A stretch of 64,000 nt of DNA. Origin: a virus (taxonomy: Duplodnaviria > Caudoviricetes). This document shows positions 39,895 through 50,700 of the stretch, piece after piece. The stretch is from positions 1-64,000 of the IMG/VR virus record IMGVR_UViG_3300027278_000001; one strand, given 5' to 3'. The notes under the pieces were generated by a model, which had not been told where the DNA came from, ran no database searches, and was given only the letters and a program-made list of their open reading frames with translations. Each line of letters starts with the position of its first letter. The stretch's first letter is position 1. A program made the translations under genes and the position numbers.

Positions 39895-40892
39895 CCATTT
39901 TCTTGCAAAATTCCGCCGTTACGTTCATAAATTTCTATGATCTTTTCTAGATTGTAAGCCCACGTTGTTTCTGTATGCCCATCAGGCATGTCATACTTGC
40001 TGAGAACACCACACTCTAACTCCTGTTTACACTCCCTCTCTGCCTTCTTCGTAGAAGCGGTATCTGGAAACTCATGGAAGGAATGCTGTATTATCTTATA
40101 AAGAGATTTGGTATTTTGTTGTTTAGCCCTTTTTACGCTGTTTCGTGCAATGCCAAATTTAATAGCCACCACATTTGTATCGTCCATAACCAAGTTTACA
40201 TATGCTTGCTGTTGGCGTTGCACATTACAAAAGCACGACCTTCTCCCTTGCTGTAGACCGGAACTCTGAGACTCACCTTGTCCTCCACACTCAGGACAGA
40301 ATACATGCCAGTATATTTTGTGACCCATATTATTCAGTCTATCACTCCTCCAGAACTTAGTATCTGGATGAAATGCCCCAGAATCAAAGAATGACTGAAT
40401 CATGACATCGTCAGGTTTTGTATTAACTTTAGAGATAGTAGTCAGTTGACATGCTGGGCAACCACGTCCAACATTAACTAGTGTGGCCACAATCCCACTC
40501 ACCCACTCCCCATGTTTATCGCAGAGCATTCTAGTATTAGTTTTCTGATTAAGCCACTTACCCTCAAATCCAAGAAATGTATAACCCAGCTCAGAAGCTT
40601 TGCGTGAGCATAATATAGTGTATTGGGCTACAGTCCACAGCGGGTGGCTTCCACAACCACACGGAACACTACCCTTTAATAGGTTGCTTTTTAAACACTT
40701 AAAATAACCCTCGCCAAACAGATCAGGGTCTTTGGAACACTCATGGCACTTCAGGATATAGAACTTATTAGACCCTTTCCCGTTATCGTGCCCTACCACC
40801 TCTAACTGTGTATCCTTACCGAGTAGGGATACTTGTTGACTCCACTCGTCTTTCTGTAAACCTTTGTCACTAATCAAGTCTTTCAAATTCAT
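39891..40892 (-). CDS. Free-standing homing endonuclease-like protein, copy 3
   Basis: Likely ATG at 40892 (MNLKDLIS) with its own promoter TGGACA-16-TATAAT (40951-40924). Same modules and C-terminal KFGI...FPD.AS.KKAERECK...MPDGHTETT domain as copies 1 and 2. Confidence 0.75.
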   Translation of the reverse strand: MNLKDLISDKGLQKDEWSQQVSLLGKDTQLEVVGHDNGKGSNKFYILKCHECSKDPDLFGEGYFKCLKSNLLKGSVPCGCGSHPLWTVAQYTILCSRKASELGYTFLGFEGKWLNQKTNTRMLCDKHGEWVSGIVATLVNVGRGCPACQLTTISKVNTKPDDVMIQSFFDSGAFHPDTKFWRSDRLNNMGHKIYWHVFCPECGGQGESQSSGLQQGRRSCFCNVQRQQQAYVNLVMDDTNVVAIKFGIARNSVKRAKQQNTKSLYKIIQHSFHEFPDTASTKKAERECKQELECGVLSKYDMPDGHTETTWAYNLEKIIEIYERNGGILQENG

Positions 40893-40987
40893 CAACTTTA
40901 CCCATAAAATAATTAACCCAACCATTATACACGACTTCACACCAATGTCCACAAATAAATTATTTTCTTGTGTTGAGTAGAAAAATG

Positions 40988-41015
40988 TTGACAGTAATCA
41001 GAAAGGGTGTAGAAT
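40988..41015 (+). promoter_or_regulatory. Sigma70 promoter facing a non-coding segment
   Basis: TTGACA(40988-40993)-16 bp-TAGAAT(41010-41015). Confidence 0.75.
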
Positions 41016-41021
41016 GGTTGC

Positions 41022-41300
41022 CGTTGAATCATTTAACAGAAATGACACTTGGTTCAGCTCGTGTGGGAGTTTTTGGGTAAACCGCCTTGTACCACATTAA
41101 AGAGAAAAGGAAAGCAGGCTCAAACGTGGGAGAATGCCTTTAATTAGGTTGCTAGCACACGGCTAAGACTCCAGCAACGGAGGAAGGCTAGCACGGAGAA
41201 AGACTGGTTGCAAGGTCTTATCTGTCCCGCACCATTTTGGTGTGTCCCCTGTAGAGGGAAGAATCTTGTGGCTCCGGGCGAATAGAGAAATTTCTATTTT
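41022..41300 (+). ncRNA. Candidate structured non-coding RNA containing a CCA-ending cloverleaf-like domain
   Basis: Own promoter, no ORF above about a dozen codons found on +, many hand-folded stems, and a weak AT-rich hairpin plus T-run at 41281-41303. Folded by eye only. Confidence 0.5.
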
Positions 41301-41305
41301 ATTGG

Positions 41306-41334
41306 TTGACAGGTTCTGAGGATTGTTCTATAGT
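41306..41334 (+). promoter_or_regulatory. Sigma70 promoter for the rightward early operon
   Basis: TTGACA(41306-41311)-17 bp-TATAGT(41329-41334). Confidence 0.8.
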
Positions 41335-41450
41335 TCGGTCTAGGCAGAGAAATTCTGTATGGCTGGGCTAAGGGAGAATCTGTCCAGAATTTGTTCACCA
41401 AGCGAATAGAGTAATACTAGATAGTAATAAATACATAGGAGATTAGAAGA

Positions 41451-41759
41451 ATGAGTAGCTGGGATTATCAAACAGAATACACCAAATTACTTTCCAAACT
41501 GGAAGGTCACACTGGGGATTGGATCAGCGTAGAAACACAAAACCCTCCCACAGAGGGTACACCTGTTTATTTCATGTGCGGTGTTGACTACAAAGGTGAA
41601 GCTCTTTATGATGTTGGTTATTGGGCTGATTACACAAATACACATTGGTATCAGCTCTGTCTAGAATCTGGTGAAAATGCAATTGCTGGTGAATGGGATA
41701 CTGAGTTTGGCAATTGTGAAGTTACTACAGCTTGGAAGTTTGTGGAGTATAAGAAATGA
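41451..41759 (+). CDS. DUF551-like protein
   Basis: WISVETQNPP...V.F...W...VT.AW pattern, with GGAG SD. Confidence 0.55.
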   Translation: MSSWDYQTEYTKLLSKLEGHTGDWISVETQNPPTEGTPVYFMCGVDYKGEALYDVGYWADYTNTHWYQLCLESGENAIAGEWDTEFGNCEVTTAWKFVEYKK

Positions 41760-44700
41760 TCACACAACTAAATATGCACACAACTGTAGCAGGAGAATTA
41801 CCTAAGCTTATCCAACAAAACAAAGCTCAAACATTTATTCCTTATGCTGATGTATTGAAGCTTAAAGACGAATTGGTTGCAGCTTACGAGCGTGAAGGAC
41901 ATACGGTCTATCAGAATGCTTGTTGGGTATCTTTCCTATTGACAAAGGCGGGTTTGAAATGATCAAACACAACGGAGAATACTACACTTGGGAAATGGTG
42001 TACAAAATCTCAGGACTCTCTGGTGAAGATTTTCTACATGATAGTGTAGGCAGTTGGGAACATTTCATTCATTGTCTTGAGAAATGGGAGGATAAATCAT
42101 GATCGTATCAGAACTAATCGAAACCTTGCAGAATATGCCGCAGGATGCTAGAGTCATGTCACTTGATGACAGCTATTACATGAGTTATGCTGAAGTGAAT
42201 GCTGTTAAGCAAGAAAACGTAGGTTGGGATGCCGTGAATAATGAACCAATTGTTGAGGTGTATATTCTATGACTAAAATCCCTTACGGAAGTCCGGGTAA
42301 TATTCCACCAGTTGAAGGCGTGATTTCATCACAATGTAAAGCAGATGAGTTTGAGAACTACATACGTGAGTTTGGTGTAGTAAATGCTTGTGAGTGGTTT
42401 AATCATAGTTATGATAGTGAATTTACTAAGGAGACTATTGAACTGCTGCTTGAGCGTAGTGGTCTGGAATATTCTTATCACTGAGGCTTGACACACCAAC
42501 ACAGATGCCCTAGACTATCCTTTCATTAACGAACGGAGCTTTACAGATGAACTACTACACAGCAGACATGAGTGATGACGAGTTTGAGGCTAACCGTAAG
42601 AGGGCTTATGAATTTTATGAATACTACGTCTATGGTTCTGGTTGTGCTCCAAGCTTCTCCAGTGGAATTTGTGAGTCTGTGACAGCAGGCTATGGACGAC
42701 TTGACTACTACGGCTACTGGGAGTATCCTCTAATTGTTGATCAAGAAACCTTGAGAATTATCCCACTGGAGTCAAAGCCTTGAACTTATTCGCCACCAGC
42801 CAATGCCCTGTACAGTCTGCAAAAGAACATTGCAACGTACATAACGTGAAAATGATTTTGGAAGTGGCACAGATGCTCAGTACAGCTCATTTCGTTTTAG
42901 ATGGTGTTCAGGTTGGTTATAAGCCTACCCATAAAAATCATCCGTGCAGCGTTTTCGTCCGTAGCACAAGCGAAAACTACAAATGGCGTATGAGCATCTA
43001 CAAGCTTTGCTATCTGAATACACATTCAGAACAGGCAAAGTGCATAAGTCGTCTGAATTGCTTATTTCCTTAGCAAAACAGCCCTCTAAAATCGAGATTG
43101 GCGAGAGGACGGGCTTTGCTATGACTATGCCTGAATCCTTTCAAAGACTGGGCATTTTTGACCAGACAAAAGCGTACCAAAGTTACTTGCGTTCCAAGTT
43201 CACCGAGTGGCAACAGCGTGAAAAGCCAATTAAAGTGTGCTGGGGCTTGCGTGGTTCTCCAGATTGGTATAAAGTGTAGTTGTTGATTAATCACTAGGAG
43301 AATAAAATGAATTTTAAAGAGTTGCTTGACTATCCTGTTGAAAGTGTAGATAACGATGCTTATGTTCTCGTTGGTTTCTATTACAACCATCTGCAAGGTA
43401 TGGACGATCTGTATAGTCTCGATGATTCTTTTAAAGCACAGGACAGAATCTCAATCCATTACCTAAAAGACTTTTGCTTTGATGGTCGTAGGGTTTGGCG
43501 TCTTTACTATGTAAAATTTGATGGTCAGCTGGTAATGATTTGCAAGAATGCAGGACGTGATGGGGATGACCATCACGGTAATAAAATCTTCAATACAGAA
43601 GCATATTCTGCAATGATCCGTTATATTAAAAGTTTTGAAACTGTTGATGATTGTGATCAAATGGCTGCAACTTTAGAAGATGATGCCTCTGAGTTTGTAA
43701 GCTTCTACGGTAACAGTCTTGGTAGTTATTTTGAAAGATACTAGGATATGACTAAATGAACCGTACAATCGAAGCAATCCAAAAAGATATATCCAACGAC
43801 TTTGCTTTATCTGACTTGCTTTCTGAGCGGATTAAAGCCAACATTCAATCTGTTGCAGATGAAGTGCTGATTAAATATCCCTATCACAAGGATGCAATTG
43901 ATAGTATTAAGCTGGGAGCTGCTGAAGCTTGGGTGAGTAGGTTGTGTGGGATGCTCACTACAAAAGACAGGGATTATTTGTTGCAGCTTTTACAAAATAT
44001 TGGTTGACAGCAGACGATATGCTGTCTATGATCGTACACAGGGTACAAACACATTAACGAAATGTTGGAGGAAATAGAGATGCACAATCCAGACAAAGAA
44101 TTTGCCGAATTTCTTATGTGGATAGTCGTGGTTGGTGGTATTGCGCTTAATATCTTTGTTGACCGCAATGTATACCCACGAGAAATTATTAAAGCTCAAG
44201 AACTTTGCAAAGAAGCAAATGCAGAACTTAAAGAGTTTAATGTAGGGAGCCTCTATATAGATGTTCTGTGCAGCAATGGTGCCAAATTTAGATTTGATGC
44301 TCAACAAGTACCAGACTCAGAGAAGGAAATCTAAATGCACCAGTCCACATACGAATCATGGACAGCTCTTAACAAGCAAATGTCCAAGGAAAAACCACTA
44401 CAATTCGCTGTTTCGTTTGATAGTGATGAAAAGGTATGGACTTATAGTCGGCCAGCTGTTTATGTGTCAATTTAATAAGACTTTATAGAGGAGAAATATT
44501 ATGGTAGTTCTTTCTGTCTGTTTGTGGATAGGTGCATTTTGCATTGTAATGTTCATTAAGAACGAGTTTACTTATAAGATTCAAATTGGTTGGGTTAATG
44601 ATGTTTACAACAATCAAGTTAACGGAGATGGCACACTTGATTACTCAGATATTCCAACATATATGTCTACCCTGTTTAATCCGTTTCTTTGGAGACATAA

Positions 44701-47700
44701 ACCACTTAGTGAAGTTTTAAGTAAAGGCTCAAAATAGAAAATCTATCAGCCCCAGACGATCAATAGAAATTATTGCATTGTGCTGGGGCTTCTTTATGCC
44801 TATAATTTGACGTAACAGAAAACGAAAGAGGGTTTTACAATGAGTCGTTACTTCATGGTACAGAGTTGGGTGGGTTCACATGAAAATGAACCTGACTACA
44901 ATGGAAATCAATGTGGCCAGCGCAATGTACGTTCGTCTGAAGTTGTCCCGTTGTATGATCAATACGGAAATGCAAATATTAAAGCGTTCAGCGATGAAGC
45001 TTTGTTAGCAAAGAAGAAATCACAAACTAAGAAAACCAGCGCGTTCGATAGCATCATGCTCGCTGATCGTAACTACTCACGTCTTTGTGGCTTATCTGAA
45101 CAGTTAGATGCCGAACTTGACCAAGGCTTAATAGACTTAGAAAGCTGGGCAGCAGCTAGAAAGAACATTGACCAGAGACTTGCTAAAGCATGGGCAAGAG
45201 TGCAGCGTGAACGGGGTTGGGAGGGCCAAGAAGAGCTTTTAGCGCTTGAGCAATACCCTAGCCAGCCTTTAGACTTTACGCTTGATATAGGGCATTCTAG
45301 GGCGCTTAGAATCAATGCTAATCCAATAGACTACAGTGTTTTACCACAAGATAGCCTGTTCAACAGCTTGAGTGATGAAAATTTATTTAAAATTAGCTAC
45401 ACAAAGCTGTTGACAGCTGTGAAATGGATGGCTAAGATAGCTGCAACCGGTAAGAAAATTCTAGAGGAGGGTTTGGTATGAATTTTGAAATGGGTTATAT
45501 TGTAGGCTTTGGTAGCATGATAGGTTTATTGCTGATTTTAACTTTTCAAGAACCAACAAAAGAACAAATCGGCTACACATATCAGCAGCTTAAAGAAATG
45601 AAAGCAGAATGTGAAAAGGATTTGCCACGATCTACAGAATGCAGTATTGTTGTTTACTATCTGCCGCAGGCTGAATTGGAGAAGACAGAATGATCAACAT
45701 TTGGGATTTGAAGCCTGGGGACTTATTTAAAGTGGAAGGTTCCGATGTGATCCTCGAATATGTTAAAATTGATGGTATGTATTCTCAGGCGCTTACACGA
45801 GATGGTCAAATGACTTTGATTGGTTTGTGTCGTGTAGAGTTGGTTCAAGGTAAATAACCGAGGGGTAATGATTATGAAAATTGGTGATCATGTAACAATT
45901 TCAGCCAAGTATAGCACATTCGATAAGATGACCGGAGTCATTACTGACATTGTAGAAGGGACACCTTTGCCTTTTACAGTGAAGTTTGACAATCCAGAAG
46001 ATGACGAAGAAATGTATTTTAGCGAAGAGGAGTTGAATAAATGAATATCAAACAGGCAATTATTAAAACCAATGATGTGTTGGTTTACATTCTGTTAACC
46101 CTAGTTGTCATTACAGCAGCTTTGGTTGCTATTAGCGGTCAGCCTATTTATGGAACTATTGTTCTATTGGTTGGGTTTGTTATTGTCAGCGTTCTTTCTG
46201 GTTTTTGGATTGCTGTTAGTCAGATAGCAGACTCCGCACAACGTAGCGCAATCCTGCAAGAACAGCATCTAGAGGCGATTAAGAAATTTAATCGAAGCCT
46301 TGAAGCTCATAGAGAATTACAATTTCCACATGAATGAGTTTGTGCTATTCTTTAAACATTGAAGACAAACACAGAGGGCTTAGAAACATGGACAAAGTAA
46401 GAGCTTTAATCATTCGTGCATGTAAAAGCAACAACACAGAGCGCAGATTAGAAAGGATTTACAAATCTGTTTATTACGGACAGTTTGATGAGCGACACTT
46501 GCTTATAATCCTAGCCAATATCGTAGGAGATTATCAACTCATTCGTCCTGTCAATCTTATCATGGAGCTGAACCCGCAACAGGCATGGAAATATGGCGGC
46601 AAAGAGTCAAATTCTTATGAAAAGAATGCTTGCATGTGCCTTCAGAGTGTTATACGATTAACAGAAGTTAGCAAGCTGCCTGATTATCCAGTGCCGGCTA
46701 AATTCAGAAAGGACTAAAACCATGTTCACACAGACAAGCTTCAATAATCCTAAATTCGCTAAGCGTATCAAACGTGGCTTGTGGCTTGCTAAGCTTCAAA
46801 GCATGAAGACTGGCAAACGCTCTACAGAATATGTAAAGAATCGCAAAGGAAGTGCCTGTATTCGTATAGACGTGTATTCTGATGGTAGTATGGCTGCTTA
46901 TGCTTCGGGAATGGGTAGCAAAGATATATCGAAAATGATTTTGAAAGCACTTGACAACTAAAACACAAACAACTAAGCTTTACACAACACAAACAGCCTA
47001 GGAGGCTAGAAAATGAAAGCAATGAAAATGCAATCGAATGTACAAGCTAACACCATGAATGCTTGGGAGTATGAAGCCGAAAAACGCCAGCAAAAGAAAG
47101 CAAATAAAAGCTTGCGGGACATGAAGAAAGGTCGTAAGATGCAATGGCAAATCGAAGCTTAAACGACATAGTCTTACAATGTGTCGCAATTCCTTAGAAT
47201 TTAGAATATAAAGAGATTACACAAAATGCTCAATCAATTCAGCCTTGACCAACTGGCACACAAAGCAGATTGCGAAGGTAATCTATTAGCCTTGGTCATT
47301 CTTGATAAACTCGATGATGAAATTCAGGAAGCTGTAGAACAGGCAACAGAAAAGAATGATGCAGATTATTATTATGAAATTTTCGATGCTGTAAATGCTG
47401 AAGAGTTTTTGATTAGTGCAGAATGGTATAAACTAGACGACATAAAGCAGACAAAAGACAGAATCATTTACATGGTGCAAGGATTGCACGAAGACACAAG
47501 TTGTTATAACAATCAAGTAAAGCTTTGGAAATATAAAGGTTCGGATTGTTGGCATCTTGAAGTAAACGCTGGGCAGTATGGCGAACAGCAGGACAAAGAC
47601 AAGTTTGCAGCCAAAGGGTTTAAAGAGGCACAAGAATTAGCCACTAAAAAGCTTGTGTATTGGATAAAGAAGGGTTTGGAGTTGAATGTAAGCAATTAAT

Positions 47701-50700
47701 AGAATCTATAAGGCACTGGCTAAGGTATTGAAAAATACTATTGGTCAGTGCCTTTTGTTTTGACTAGAATAACCCCATCGAAACGAAACAACAGGAAGCA
47801 AGACAATGAAACGCGAAGAATTCTTGATCACCAGTACAGAAGGTCATAGCACTGTTAAATACAAATGGAATTCAGCACGCAAAGAAGTGCAGCGTCTTAT
47901 GCAGGAATTCGTCAATAAAGAGGGCGAAAGGGAATTACTATCGTTTCTTGAGTACGAATTGACAGAGAACAAAAGCGAGAAACAAGGTTTTCATTTTGTG
48001 TCTGGCGTTATGGGTTGGAAAGAGAAAACGAGCGGGAAAGAAATTTCCTTTTTCATCACAAAAATTGCTTGATAAGCTGAAGCGCTAGGTCTAGAATCTA
48101 GCCATACAAAAACGAAAGAGGCTTTATTATGAAAACACCAGACATTACATACAAAGATCACGGACTGTTTACAGCTTTCTACGCAGAAACAAAAGAAGGC
48201 GAAAACGCATGGCGTGAACTGGCAAGCCTAACAGATGGCACGGGTAAAGTATTGACAATTCAAGCTAAGCAATTTATTGCAAGCCTTCGCAAAGCTGGCT
48301 ATGTAGTGCAGAAAGCTAAAGAATCAAAGCAAAGTCTAGACGACATTTTTGCAGAATTGAGTGAATAAAAGCTTGCAGCGCCTCGAAAGGGGCGCTATTA
48401 TGTACGCAACAAACAACAAATTAGGGATAAAATCATGGATTATTACGAAAGCGCAGAAGGCTACACAATCAGCAAAGAACGTGCAAAACAAGAAATTGCA
48501 AAGCATGGTTCTAACTGGCTTGAGTTTATCGCTGATATAGGTGATGATGAGAGCTATGATGCTCAAGCTGTGCTGGCTTGGTTAGGGTATTGATTATGGC
48601 TGATTTTATCATCGAAAATGCCATACAGGCTGTAATCTGGCCACTACTTAAGCAGATAGCAGCAAACCGGAAGATTAAAAATAAAGCAAAATAGTAGTTG
48701 ACACAGCATCCAAAACTGCTAGAATTACCAACAGAAGCGCTTTACACAAACAGGCGTTTCGATTAAGATTCTTTCCAACGAACAAAACCCCTAATACAGG
48801 TGACGTATGCAAGCCATTAAATTTGACCTTCGCAAACTGAATAACGAACAAATCCGCAGTCTTTCTGCTACCCTTGAAATTAAAGCAGCAAAGCGCAATG
48901 GTTATACTTGGTTCCGTGAGTCAATCAACGGGCGCTGGTCTAATGATCGTTTCTTGTATGTGTCCGGCAATGCTATCGCATACGGCAATTACCCTTTCAA
49001 GTTTGAGCGTGTAGAGTTTGAAGATAAGACAGAACAATTTAAGGCAATTTGGAAATAACTGACATGGAAACGACATACATAGAGTTCTCAAGTTCACAAA
49101 CACTTTATAGCGTGTTTAATGTGTTAAAGGCTTATGGATTGGCTGGCAAAACACCTTTATCAGACGCCAAATTTATGTCGGTTTGTGGTGTGACCGGTCA
49201 AATAAACACCAGTAATTCAGATAAGATTATTTTAAGAGGGCATGAGAATTTTATTTATTTTCTTGACAAGCCTAGTGCTATGGGCGAGAATAGCTACAAC
49301 GAAAGGCAAACAGCATTGGAGCTAGAGAGATGATCACTCGACAAGAATACGAAAAAGCATGTAACGAATTTAAAGCTAATCGTGCCAGTTTGAGTGTATC
49401 TGACTTTGACACAGCAAAAGCTAAGCTTAACAAAATGTTTAAGGATATGCAGATTGCTGAAGCTGTTCAGTCATTCAAAGCAGGCGATAAGATCGAATCT
49501 CAAACATTCCTTTGGCTGTGCAAAGTCTACAACGTAGAAATAAACGAAAGTTTTAATGATCTTATGCAAAATAGTGTTGTATCTGTTAGCACAAGCGGTT
49601 ATGATAGCTACAAGATCAGCAAGCAACAATTCAAACAGCTGCAAGCATTCATCATTAAACTATTGGAGGCGATACAATGAAATCCTTTTCTGAAGCACTG
49701 GCTGAATTACCTTTCGAGCGTCAGTCTGAAATTGAAAATATACTGCTAAGGATGGTAAACGATCAAAAGAACGGTGATCAACTCTATAAGGAATTGATCC
49801 GCGAAGGTAAGATTCTAGAAACAAAACGATTCACATATAACGGCGACTATTACCGCCAGGACGACATTCTACATGATGGCAGTGTCTATGTGGTTGAGAT
49901 GCGGAATGGTAGCCTGAAAAGAATTACAAAATAAAGCTTGCAGCCTTCGGGCTGCTTTGCTATTCTAGACACATACCAACCAAACAGAGATACCAGCCAT
50001 GTTCGATTTTCGTAGCCATTACGCCCTAGTAAAGTCCGTTATGCAAACCAAGGCTAAAGAAGAGCACAAGCCAAGTCTAGACAATAAGGCAAGCATGGCA
50101 GCTTATGCCAAAGCTACTGGTAACACTGGTAAGGCTAAATTCATCGGCATGGATGATGAGCTGGCTTGCTATCAACTCGACTTCACTTTGTAAGGCATAC
50201 CATCATGATCTTTTATCGTTGGCAATTAGTTGTTCTAGGCATCTGCTTTGCTATGCTCTTATGCCTAGTCGGCTCTTATGACTATGAAGCGGAGCTTGCT
50301 TCGCAATCTCTTTATTGCGATATGACAACTGAGGGAAGCTGGCCAGCTTATGATAGTGCTATTGATTGCAGCTATTAGGATGATGCAGAGCTATAGAAAA
50401 TGGCAATTGTACAGCTTATCCTGATCCTGTAGAATGACTACATCGAAAGCAAACAAGTAAACAGGAATACAAGCCATGAAATTCGATCAAAAGAAAAACT
50501 TTCGCATTGTCTGGAATCAATTCAAAGCAGACGCTTTTATCAACACACCTAAAAACATTACAAAGGAATATGCTTTTATCCTGCAAGTGAATTATGTTCT
50601 CGCCCGTGCCTTCAAGGCTTCAATAGAAGTAAGCGACCGGTATGCCATTGAAAAGGCACTCACTGACATGGACAATAAAGGCATTAAGCTTACCTTTGCT

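Noticed and set aside
41126-41234. Canonical tRNA, tmRNA or group I intron
   Set aside because: There is no TTCRA T-loop, no standard anticodon loop, no tag reading frame and no P7 elements. Kept only as a tRNA-like candidate.
41150-41415. GGCTAAG / GGCGAAT motifs resembling HDV-like (theta) ribozyme J4/2 strands
   Set aside because: I could not build the required P1/P1.1/P2/P3 nested pseudoknot for any of the four occurrences.
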